This document shows positions 1 through 11,602 of a stretch of 40,349 nt of DNA, in pieces. Positions within the stretch are counted from its first letter, which is position 1. Every line of letters begins with the position of its first letter. The stretch covers positions 1 to 40,349 of the forward strand of contig JAUCBJ010002219.1 in the NCBI GenBank assembly GCA_032718475.1. The letters are read 5' to 3'. Under the pieces are notes generated by a model that ran no database searches, had not been told where the DNA came from, and worked only from the letters and a program-made list of their open reading frames with translations. This DNA is from Nemertoderma westbladi (taxonomy: Eukaryota; Animalia; Xenacoelomorpha). Both the position numbers and the translations under genes were made by a program.

Positions 1-157
1 TGTCGACACAATGTTACGCGGGCACTGTCGACACAATGTTACGCCGACACTGTCGGCAAACATTATGCCGACAATGTCGGTACATCATTTACACACATAT
101 TATATTAGTATAGTACAGAGGTGCCGACACAGTTGGCGAGAGGCACTGTGTCGGCAC
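1..157. repeat. Short ~25-bp tandem/palindromic repeat (TGTCGACACAATGTTACGC...)
   Basis: Units start at 1, 26 and 51. A GTGCCGACACAG...CTGTGTCGGCAC hairpin lies at ~121-157. The repeat is inside the third intron of the minus-strand gene. Confidence 0.7.
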
Positions 158-183
158 AACATCTACGCCCTGAATACACCTAC

Positions 184-2773
184 CTGTTAGTACAATAACG
201 ATCGATTCAAACGATTTATGATGATCGTTTGCGTTTTTAAAGTATTGCTGTGCTGGTTGCGTTACCATCCCCATCTCAACAGCAAACTTGTGGAACTGAA
301 GTTCCCAGCCCGCTTTGATTACAGCCTTTACCATCGTATGTTCTAGATGTCCCAGTCCAGGTAATGGCAGTATCTGGCTGCTCCACTCCGGTAGCTTTTC
401 TAAACTCTTTAGAAGCAGACACATGGGACTCCCATCCATGACAATAGGGGTCCATTGTCTAACGCGAGGTATTCCTAAATAAATGATACAGCACATGTTT
501 AAATGTTCAGTGCAACTCAATTACAGAACACAAACTTATGATTCCATGTAGTTTAAACAAGTAATATACTAATGTAATACACTACTGAACTAATTACGAT
601 ATTCTATTACTGCTACTGGTATTGCTGGCTTTTAAATTAAATTAAATCACCTTTTTTATCTTGTTACGTACTCTCTATCTAATAAACAAGCAATTAACAT
701 TTACAAACAAACAATTAACATACGGCAAATTACCGGTCCGCGGTACCCCATTCTATTTACTCTTATTTTTAATTTTATGGTTTTTAATTTTCATTATTAG
801 GGCGCTTCACAAATCCTAACAAATGTTGAATACTCTCACTATTCCAGGTGTGGATCCAATTCACCACCTTCACTGGAGGCCAAAGTTCTTACCACTACAA
901 TGTGCTATTTTCCATGTATGACCTCGCATTCAAATCATAATTATAGTTACCAATAACTTACCTGCAAGTTCTATAACTTTATCGACAGTTTCACGCACAG
1001 CTTGGTAACTTCCCGGATCTTTTGGGAGTGGTGGGTGTATAACAATATCGGCAACGGACGGTTCACAATAATCGTTCGAGACTACATTTCTATCTACAGC
1101 CAAGTCTAGAAGTTTTCGATAAGATTTATCGCAGAACGTTGACGCTTTGGTGGAGGTAGAAATATCCTTACTTGTTAAGAATGACAATTGCGAAAGCAGA
1201 AAAACGCAGCGTAACTGCCGATACAGTTTCTCGTTAGATTCGAAAAACTCGTCAACAATTCCTGTTATGTCACTTTCTGCGATCATTATTCGACTTAATG
1301 AGTGTGATTGTAGTTCCATGGCCGGGTTAGCAACTATGGAAACTACAGAACACACCTTGCTAACGGGCATACACGATTGGTTATAAATATGGTATGTTTT
1401 CCCCACAAATTGATTATTGTCAATTACGACTATTATATCTCCGTTAGGCGCTTCCGCGTGAGTGAAAGCAGAGGACTTCATCAGCCGCAACAACGTTGTG
1501 TAATGGGGTGCGGCAGAACTATTGCTACGCAAGTTCTGGGATACTTTAGAGGTATCGGACGAGTAGCTAACGACACTCTCTAACGTTGAGATTGCACCGC
1601 AATATCGTTCGTTGCATGTCGATAGAATTAATTCAAAGATTTTGCAGGCCATTAATTTCTTCATTCTGTCTTTATCTTTTCCTGTAAAATAAAATAGTAA
1701 ACAATTTAGAATTAACATAACAATTAACAAAACAAACATACAAAATTTTAGAATTATCAGCAAATTGTACTAGTCTAGTTTTATAGTAAAGTATATTACA
1801 ATTAAGGCAAAAAGGTGTAATTCTAAATTATTATTGGTATTATGGGTTAGGTTAGAGTGTTAGGGTAGAGTTAAGGTTGGGGGTTAGTCGTTAGTGTAAT
1901 ACTGTTATATCAGAATATGGATGGCTAAGGCTGTAAGGTTTAGAAATGACAATATAATGTATTATAATTACAGTATTGAATAGAAGACTGTAATTTCCAA
2001 AACATTTGGAAGCATAATAAGTAAAAAATAAATACAATTTGTAAATACAATTACTGTATTTTGTTGAGCATAGCTTTTGGCCTAGTAAAGTAATAATAAA
2101 TATACGGTAATGTATGGGAATTTCACCTACACGTATGCCAAAATAAAACTGGACACCGAAAATCCGGACAGAGAAAGTCCGCACACAAACAATGCAGTTC
2201 CCGACTGTGACTCGTGTGTATAATTTACGTAAGATAATTTTGAAAAATATGTAATAAGTTAGTAGTCTTAGATTTGCAACATATTTTTCAGTAAATCTAC
2301 CCACCTGCATCGAAACTGTCGACAACATGCGAAACACCGCAGACATTGTAGAGGAATTCCTTTACCGAACCATCTGGAATAATATTATCTATTGCGATGT
2401 TTTTCAGTTCATCCAATGTTGGTGTCGTCCCATTGGCAGCGAATACCATGCACTCTGCACGCAATAACTTAGCGGTTTCCGCAAGATATTGAGTTGTCGA
2501 GGAATCGCGAGTAGATACGATTTCCATCGGCGCGGCCTTTGATTTCGTACCAGTACTAGAAACGATAACATTATGACTCTGCACTTTTACAGGGCACTCA
2601 TGCAGTGAAATGCAACACGAACATATATAGTGAGAACTCTTGTTAATTATCCCCTTCTCAATCATGGAGATAATTACTTCCCTCCTAATAATGCCATGTT
2701 TAATATTATGAAGCTTTGTTGAGTTTGAATTCGAATCGTGGCCAATGGCAGAACAAACGCGACGGAAAGGCAT
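184..2773 (-). CDS. Spliced gene, 3'-incomplete (exons 2773-2305, 1681-962, 474-184); putative DNA-transposase-like protein
   Basis: Canonical junctions: CAG|GTGGGT, TTTTACAG|G, CAG|GTAAGT, TTTATTTAG|G, CAG|GTAGG. All three introns are phase 1, and exons 2 and 3 (720 and 291 nt) keep frame. The result is ~493 aa with no stops. An N-terminal Cys/His cluster (RVC..H...ICSCC) and the motifs IDNNQ, MDGSP, PGLGHLE and DHHK suggest an RNase H/DDE-type transposase (inference). Confidence 0.7.
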
Positions 2774-3974
2774 TTCAATACAGCTAAAATATATGATATA
2801 ATATAGCCTAATATCAATACCAGAATATAATATTATTATATTAGCCTATCAGCCTATAGGCCTATTTATCGTATTAAAAGTTTTGAGTTCTCAATAATTG
2901 TCAAATTAATAAAATACCGTACGTCAGTAGAGGAAACAATTCATAACATAATTAACATAATGCTTGCTTTACAATCTAGCAATAATTAAGGTAAGTAGGA
3001 AGTAGCACTAGCACACAACACTGTCTCACTATACCGCAGTATTCTGTTCTGTATTCAATACAGGCAGCCAGGTAGTACAGTCAGACGGTTACACAGCAAT
3101 CTGGCAATTTGAAGTGTGACACCAGACTGGATGTAGTTGGGTTGGTTATACTGCCTAACTAACAAAATTCTTAGACTTTCATGTCACTCATCCAACTGTC
3201 CAAGGTGCGGCGCTAACTCAAAGGCAGACCGCCATCACATCATTATTCCAACCTGAAGAAAATGCAGTGAAACCAAATCTCGCTGCAAATTGTTTTTGTT
3301 GTGTTTATTCAAAAACAGCACATGCTGACATGGAAACAAAATTTCGTAACATACTGACATACAAACAACACAGTTTTGTAAGGGCTTTCTGGTGGTATTA
3401 TTTTTGTAACTAAATTCCTATGTTTATAATTCAAATTTTTAAATTTATTTTTTGAAAGGGATTTGTTAGTGATACTTTGAATTTGTGAAACCAGATTTGG
3501 TTGCACAAAGCAGCGAAATCTCGCTGAGAATACCCAACTGAATTTACGAAAATTTTCTGCTGCAATATTTTCAGCATACTTACCGGTACTGCCTACTGCG
3601 TCACTTAGCCTACAGAATTACTGAATTAGATCAGTAGATAGGGGGGCCTATACTGCTATATGTCAATAAACCGTCTGTACAGTGCAGCAGTGTTTGTAAA
3701 CCAGTTACCAGTAGGCCTAGTACAGTAGTAGTAAATACAGTTAGTACTGTACAATCATAATACCCAATACCGGTACTTGCTATGCTACAGTGCTAGTCCC
3801 GGACAAACCAGCAGTACAGCAGCTTGATGTACCGGACGTGGTAGGCCATAGGCCTCATGAAGTAATACTGTAATAGCAACATCATTCATCTTGAGATATG
3901 GACGTGCTCCACAATTTTAATGAAGAGGATGACGCTATGTTTTTGAGGAGCTTCGGTTCCTACCAATATGGTTC

Positions 3975-4757
3975 CTCGGTTTTAGATCCTAAAAGCACCT
4001 TAGATCCTGAACGAACTTAGATCTTGAGTGAACATAGATCCTTATTCCCATATGAACTTAGATATTTCCCATACGATATCGTATATTGCCATCTTATATT
4101 GCTATGGTACCGTAGCTGTTAATGTGAAATGTAATTCCCATAGGCCAGCAGACCTTACTGTAAATATTATCACGCTTGAAGGGAAAGCAAACTTAGATCC
4201 CACCACCAATACTGCAATAATGAATTAATTGGCAAATTATAGTTTGTCGGGAGTCACTGATCGCAACTACTTTGAGTGTATGACAGTGTGTATGACTTAT
4301 TTGCATTAGATCATTATAAGTAGTTTAATATGCTTAATGAAACACAGTACATGCAATATACACTATATAATATCGACAGAACGCGGCCAACGCACAGTAC
4401 ACGTGGGATCTGAGTTCGCTTCTTCTCTAGCGTGTGCTAAGGGATTTGTATAAATTGGGATCTAAGTCGCCACCTAAGATCTAATTTCGCTTTGCATTTC
4501 AACGTGGGATCTAAGTTTGCTTCGCGACTAGCATGAGGAAAGGCTTTTACTAGCATAGATTGGGATCTATGTTCACCTAGTTAGGATCTAAGTACACCTA
4601 GTTAGGATCTAAGTTCACCTAGTTAGGATCTAAGTTCACCTAGTTAGGATCTAAGTTCACCTAGTTAGGATCTAAGTTCACCCAGATAGGACCTAAGTTC
4701 GGAAAGATCTAAGTTCATCAAAGTCAGGCCTTGCAGGATCTAAGTTCGTTTTACCCC
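3975..4757. mobile_element. MITE/foldback-like element with inverted subterminal repeats
   Basis: AACTTAGATCC-like motifs on the left (3981-4200) face GGATCTAAGTT motifs on the right (4406-4750). The right arm includes a 21-bp tandem array GGATCTAAGTTCACCTAGTTA at ~4563-4700. Confidence 0.7.
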
Positions 4758-5036
4758 TACCAATTACCCCATACACCCATATACCCCAATACAGTCCAAT
4801 AATACCTTTATTACTATAACTGTAGGTACTGTAGGTAAGGGGATGGAACACTGGAACAGGTTACAGTAGAAGGTTTTTCTAACTAATGAAACAGTAAACG
4901 AGAGTCAGAGGATCACATTTTGTGGTGTTTTTAGAATCTTTTCGGGTGAACAAAATGTCTATGTATTTTCGGGTGCTGTGTGGTAATTCGTAGGACCGGG
5001 AGATTTTGCCTGAGAAATCTAAGGAAACAGTGATAA

Positions 5037-5990
5037 CGTCTGTTTATTTAAAATAAAACAATATATATTCGATATAAAAACACAGAAGCACTCTTTTCCA
5101 CTCATTTTCTTTAGCGAATATTCTGTTTGTGTTAAGTTTTCCACACATTGGCATTGTACAGTCCCTATTTCATTCTACAGTACAGTAGATACCGTTTCTC
5201 AAACTAAGTACCTTTTCTCTTAAACATAACTATTACTGTACTACCTCAAACCTGTATGGGTTACTCAAACCCAAACTCAAACTCGCGTAACCTCCCATTG
5301 TAGCATTCATGCAGCGAGCTGTGATTTAATGGCCCACTCCCTTATGTTAAACTCTGCTCTTTACAGAACATATTTTAGTAAAGCCACCACAAAGGAACGT
5401 CGTGATTGAAATGTCTTTTATGATACACACTCCAAGCCGTCCTGTCCAGGATATGTAACTCAACCCATTAAGTCAATAGCTCAAGCAGCAAACAGAGACC
5501 CCTTCCCTTCCCCATCCCCATGTGGTGTCCCACTCAACCAGAGTAATTAGCCATCCCGTACAGGTACAGTAATGCTGAGTATGGCACTGTTGGAAGTCAA
5601 ACTCACTGAAATTGTGGGGCAGGTGTTTAGTTTGAGTAAGTTTGAGCTGTGTGCGTTGTTCTTATTTCTCAACTCTTACCTTACGCTTACCTCCCGAAAT
5701 TCTCCATTGAATATCATTACAAAAATTAAAAATTTCATTTAATTTCATTAAATTTTCAATTTCATGAAATTAAAAATACTGCCCTGTTTGTGAAGTGATA
5801 TTCAGAATGAGATAGGGACTGTACTGTAGACTAAAACCTTAACACTTCGTGTTAAATTCAACAATTCTGACAGAATACTTTAGTTGAATTTTGCTAAACT
5901 GAAAATGAGTGAAGAAAATGGTGTTTTCTGCTAAATTTGTTTTTATCGAATATTAGATATTCATTTATCTAATAAATCGCCAGACTTTAT
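5037..5990. mobile_element. Degenerate MITE with long imperfect inverted repeats
   Basis: 5037-5125 is approximately the reverse complement of 5885-5990. AGTCCCTATTTCATTCT (5161) pairs with AGAATGAGATAGGGACT (5804). CTCAAAC repeats at ~5265 face GTTTGAG repeats at ~5630. Confidence 0.65.
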
Positions 5991-6249
5991 GTGCAGCATC
6001 CCTCACCAAATGGACTGAAAATATTTACTTTAACTACTACTATATTAAATAGAACTATAAGCGTTAAAATTTTAAATTTCATAATAACACCGGACATTTC
6101 GATTACAATATCTGTTACATACTGTATTTACTACAGTATGTTGCACATATTACATAAATCATATTACTACTGTATATCAGTATATCACCACATCATTTTC
6201 ATTACATTTCGTTTAGAGGAACGCTATTGTGTATTTATTCAGTGAATTT

Positions 6250-7283
6250 ATTCTTCGACCCTTCTCAAAGTGATATCACCGCCTTATTGTGGCCAAGGTA
6301 AAGACTTAGTCTGCTCGCTGGCAGAACTACGAAATCTGCCTGGCCACGGCATGACTATGTGTTCGCGCCTTTAAGACCTTTGGCAGTTTAACCCGCCAAA
6401 TCTATATGTCTTCTAGGTTATAAACCTACTCCAGTCTATGACAAGTATTGAACACCTATAATAATTCTAACATTAGCCAAAGCCAGTCTGTGCGCGACCA
6501 TTCACCCGCTGGATATACCCGGGAGACTGGATTTGGATGCTTTAATTTGATTGCGGTGCAGGCCTACCGTACTATTCGATTGATCGTTAATATATAATCT
6601 CTGACGAATATTATTCACTTTCGGGAAATATTAGCAGTTCCTTTAGGACGTGGCGCTCTATCTATTTGAACAGAGCTATGACTTACACTATACACAACAG
6701 TATGTTTTATAGATCACCAAAGTGCATTCTTTAGGAAATGCTTTGTTTCTCGGTCAAGCACACACAGACTATTGCACACAACTGCACACTGAATTGCCGA
6801 CATTCACTGATTTTAATCATATACAGTACAAGGACGTTATTGAATCGTCAATGAATTATCTTCGTAATTCTATCAAGGATAAAGCGGCGCAAGGCCGGTC
6901 TAAATACAGTATATAACGTATCTCCAGCTAAACCCCACCCTAACAAGACCTGATGCATACAATTGCATGCACCAGTCTGTCGATCTCATAAACTATGCAC
7001 GACTAAGGCTCAGCGCTCATGACCTCGCAGTAGAAAAGGGAAGATATCTCCGCATCCCTCGTGAGCTCCGTTTGTGTTCCTGCGGTTTGAGGATGAGCAA
7101 CATTTCCTCTGCACGTGCCCACTCTACGATAATATTCGTAAAGAGTTTACTGGGGAAACTGATCTCAGCGCACCTGCACATATTCTTCAAAAAATTAAGA
7201 ACGCATCAACCTTCGTAAGTTGCTTCGATATCGTAAAACTATTCGTAACACAAAATAATGATAATTTAATCATTAGTTTTTGA
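6250..7283 (+). mobile_element. Degraded 3' part of an RTEX/CR1-group non-LTR retrotransposon
   Basis: Frameshifted C-terminal motif RLRLSAHDLAVEKGRYLRIPRELRLC..EDEQHFLCTCPLY, the Cys/His tail typical of RTEX-like LINEs. The 5' boundary is approximate. Confidence 0.75.
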
Positions 7284-7619
7284 ACTTTTAGTCAGTTTGC
7301 TGTCTAACCCCCCGGCCCCCTCCTTACACTTAATGCCTCTTTCGATCGTGTTTATTGTATGTTTGTTTTTGCTCTGCATTGTTCTTTACTACCATGACAA
7401 TTTGATGATTATTTTGGCAATTAATTTATTTACAATTATCTCTGATTTCATTGATTATTTCGAACAATTTCTATTTATATTATTTATTTGTTACTGTAAT
7501 TTACCTACTCAGAGCGTTATATTGCCTGGACTAAATACTGTAGTTATATATTTTGTGTAATCGGTAATGTGTGTTTATTTATTTCTTCCTTTGGTCTATA
7601 AATACATACATGCATAGAT

Positions 7620-8482
7620 ATCAATGCGCATGTTGTTGCCATTAACAATGCTGATGCTAACAAGCAATCCGCCCAGTCATGGCAATTAATAAACCTGCAC
7701 ACTGGGAGCATAAGCCAACCAACCGCCAAGGTTAAGGCTGACTCTCTAACTGCAACCATCAATGGTTGGAAGGCCCACTTTGAAAAGCTTGTAAACATTG
7801 ACAGGGCATTGCCTGATAACTTTAATGTACATTACATCGTGAATTTAAGTCGTGCTCACCCTCACATATATCCCCACCCCATTAGTGACATTGCTAAGAG
7901 CACAAGACCAATCGTGCCAGTGTAGTAGATGGCGTGCCCCATGATGTCTTTACAATTCCTGGGTGTTTGGAGCTCATTCATCCCATTATTGTTTACATGT
8001 ACTGTATAGGACATAGAGAGAATGAAAACAAATAGCATGGGGGGAGCATTGGTCCCTGCCCCGAAGAAGGGCAACCTAAAAACGTGTGGATCTTTTCGTT
8101 GAATCTCGTTGATTTCGATTGCTGCAAAGCTACAGTATAGGGTCCTACAATATAATTCGATTAAGTCGCATGAGGGAACCTGTTGACAGACTGTTATGAG
8201 GGAACCTAGTTGGGTTCAAAAAAGTTTTCCCGATAACGTATGTGCAGCATACTTGCATCATGTGATTCCTGAGGTAATTAATGCAGCTGTTAAATCACTG
8301 TACAATGGCTCCACCACATTTGTGTCTACTACTGCTGATGGTGATTCAGATCTATTTGAAATCTTACAGTATATGGAGTGCACCAGGGAGACAAACTTGC
8401 ACCATTCTTATTCATTTTTGTGGTTGATTATGTTCTACGCATATCCTGAGACCATCTCTCCTCACTGGAGCGTTGCTTCGTG
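7620..8482 (+). mobile_element. Degraded RTE-clade reverse transcriptase fragment
   Basis: Broken-frame RT motifs: VPAPKKGNLKTCGSFR*ISLISIAAKL, IPEVINAAVKSLYNG..DGDSDLFEI and GVHQGDKLAPFLF..VDYVLR. The fragment ends abruptly at the hammerhead repeat. Confidence 0.8.
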
Positions 8483-9008
8483 TAGCTGATGAGCCAAATC
8501 CCGGCGAAACACATATGCAAAAATGTAACCAATGTGATAATTTTACTTACAGTATTTAAACAGGGTTGCGCTTGGTGTCCCTGCTTAATTAAAATGATGA
8601 CTACTAACGGTTGAACAGATAGGAACATGTTGTTTCTCTGTTTCCAATTAATTTTACTTGCTTGATATTGGTCTGTCAAAAACATAATTCGTTCAACTCA
8701 AAATTATATTTAATATACCGGTTCATGGTGAACATGGTTGTTTAAAATGCATTCCTATTACTTTATTTTTATTATAATTAGCAACCATGCACAAGACAAT
8801 AAATTATCCCATATAGTATTGCTAAGGAAATGATTGCTTATTTGTTCTGGAATGCAATGCTATTTTGTTTATATGTGTGTGTGTTTAGCTGGTTTTTGGT
8901 GTAGTTAGTTAGATTAATGTGTCCTGCACGGGTTAGCTGATGAGCCAAATCCCGGCGAAACACATATGCAAAAATGTAACTAATGTGGTAACTTTACTTA
9001 CAGTATTT
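8483..9008 (+). mobile_element. Retrozyme-like (or Penelope pLTR-like) unit: 451-bp period with 75-bp terminal direct repeats containing a hammerhead core
   Basis: 8483-8557 and 8934-9008 differ at 3 positions. Both contain CTGATGAGCCAAATCCCGGCGAAAC. The interior is AT-rich and non-coding. Confidence 0.75.
8917..8965 (+). ncRNA. Type III hammerhead ribozyme, predicted cleavage after C8923 (GUC)
   Basis: Stem III AUGUGU/ACACAU; GUC triplet; stem I CUG/UAG with loop CACGGGU; core CUGAUGA (8937-8943); stem II GCC/GGC with loop AAAUCCC; GAAA (8957-8960). Confidence 0.85.
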
Positions 9009-10319
9009 TATGTAATATAATATATATAATGCAGCATGCCGATAGTCTGATAGTACTAGAGTATGTTAGGCATATTACTGTCATATTACTACTGTAAATC
9101 AGTATATCACCACCATTCTAAATAAAATTATGACATCATTCGGATACACACTCTACTGTATAAGTATTTCACAATTAGATTTAAATATGCATAATAACAA
9201 ATATACCATACAATTAATTAAAATAGATTTGGCCATTTGTTAAAATAATTTATAGCACCTCTTAAAGTTTTACAGCCTTCTCCATTTTGTTACTGTATTT
9301 CCCTCGTTGTTGTTCCATTGAGCAATCACTGGTGCCATAATGCTAAAATTACAGTACTAATTATTGAACAATGATGTATACCAGTACTTATTTTATTACA
9401 CTATTATTTCAATTTCCCATTAGTAAAACGTCAGGCAGGACTGGCAGATGATCTGATAGTTGTACATAATTTTCCTTCACTACAGCACTACCGGCAGACC
9501 GGTAGGTTTTAGGGTGCTATACTGCTTTACCGGTACCGGCACTATAATCTAAATATTTATTTTACAGTTTTAAGCAGTTGTGCTGTAGCATTCGAGACTG
9601 TACCAGTTTTTATGTAGGACATATAATTCCTTTTTATGTTACAGTACATCAGTAGGCCAGTCAGCCAGTAGGCTGGTTCTGCAGTTCTGGTAGGCCAGTA
9701 GGCCTGTAGGCTGGTAGGCGTACAGTAACATAGTAGGTATATATTAGCTAGGCCTATACAATTAGTTATTAATTTAATTTATTATTTGCTCCTACTTGTA
9801 GGTACGGCCATGGTAGGGCCTACTGAAGTACTGTTAGTTGGTAGTTTTTAATTTCCATCATATCAGCATAGTGGTATATTTTCACTCAATTTATTGTTTG
9901 TATTTCATATTTCAGTTATAACCGTTAAACACTCTAAAATAATTACCATGATATGTCCGTCCTACCTAATACAGTATTATTAGGGCCTGGCCTATCATTA
10001 AATAAGCCTATCATAAATAATTTTCAACCCGAAGCCCTCAACCCACATACAGCTACAAGGCTACTGAACTGCAAGACAACTAACAAGGCCTTCAAAAAGT
10101 AGGAATTAAATTAATTAATTTGACTTTCTTTATTTTATTTCTTCTACCTTAGAGTTAGGCCTATATATTTTATATATATTATGTTTCTCAAATCAAGATC
10201 TGAAGCATTTGCTTATTATTACTGTATTATGTGTAATTCATATACTGTCTGTAGGCTGCCCTATACCAGTAGGCTATAATATATTATTATCTCTATATCA
10301 TTTGATTTTAAGTACCGAT

Positions 10320-11045
10320 TACAAACATTAATGAGGGACACAAACATAAACGAGAGGCACAAACATTATTGAGGGACACAAACATTAATGAGGGACAAAC
10401 ATTAATCATGGGGACAAACATTAATGTGGGACACAAACATTAATGAGGGACACAAACATTAATGAGGGACACAAACATTAAATGATGGACAGATATTAAT
10501 CAAGGGCACAAACATTAATCATGGGCACAAATATTAATGAGGGACAAACATTAATGAGGGACACGAACATTAATGAGGGACACACATTAATCAGGGACAC
10601 AAACATTAATGAGGGACAAACATTAATCATGGGGACAAACATTAATGTGGGACACAAATATTGATGTGGGACACAAACATTAATGAGGGACACAAACATT
10701 AATGAGGGACACATACATTATATGAGGGACAGATATTAATCAAGGGTACACACAATCATGGGCACAAATATTAATGAGGGACCAACATTAATGAGGGACA
10801 CAAACATTAATGAGGGATACAAATATTGATGTGGGACACAAACATTACTGAGGGACACAAACTTTAATGAGGGACACACATTAATCAGGGATACAAATAT
10901 TAATGAGGGACACAAACATTAATGAGGGAAACAAACATTAATTGAGGGACACAAACAATAATAAGGGATACAAACATTAATGAGGGACACAGACATTAAT
11001 GAGGGACACAAACATTAATAAGGGACACAAACATTAATGATGGAC
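10320..11045. repeat. Minisatellite, ~18-21-bp unit GGGACACAAACATTAATGA
   Basis: More than 30 imperfect units. Variant blocks recur at ~220-240 bp (AGATATTAATCAAGGG at 10491 and 10731). Confidence 0.95.
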
Positions 11046-11602
11046 GAGAACCGTCGAGAGGTTCGGGAACTGAAAGAAGTCTTGCCAAGAGGTTTTCAGA
11101 TTTGAAATCCTCATTAAATTCTGCTACAGATTAAATTAAAAAAAAAGATTGAAATTGTTACATGGGGGGTGGGGGGGGGGGGGGGGTGTACTCCCCCCTT
11201 AAGTTTATGTCACGTGCTGTGCGAAGGTGATATGTAGTTATTATATTGTGGCTTTAATTTCAATCGTTGCAATGATGCCAGTCTAGTCAAACTCACCTCT
11301 ATCCGCTTTCACTTTTGGCAATATCTGAATATCATTTATAATTATAGTTATATTATATTATAGTTTGAATTAAACATTGCTTGCATTATATTTTATATAT
11401 TATTTGCATTATATTTTATTCAATCATTTTTTCATTTATTTTAATGTTTATTCTTAATAATTATTTACAAGAATAATACACATGGTGTGTATTTCTACAT
11501 AATTATAAATATTATGGCATGTTACATACATTAACCATTTGAAGAATGATAGCAAAATCAAAGAGCCCTCGAAGATTACAATGAGATTAGAATAATATTA
11601 CA

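Noticed and set aside
1843-1895. Interstitial telomere
   Set aside because: Only a short degenerate GGTTAG-like run, a motif common inside small non-autonomous DNA elements.
1891-2346. 151-aa minus-strand ORF
   Set aside because: It lies mostly in intron 1 of the spliced gene and has an AT-biased, low-information composition.
10320-11045. CRISPR-like array, or the 72-aa repetitive ORF at 10496-10714
   Set aside because: Head-to-tail minisatellite with no unique spacers and no cas genes, in a eukaryotic context. The ORF is a by-product of the repeat.
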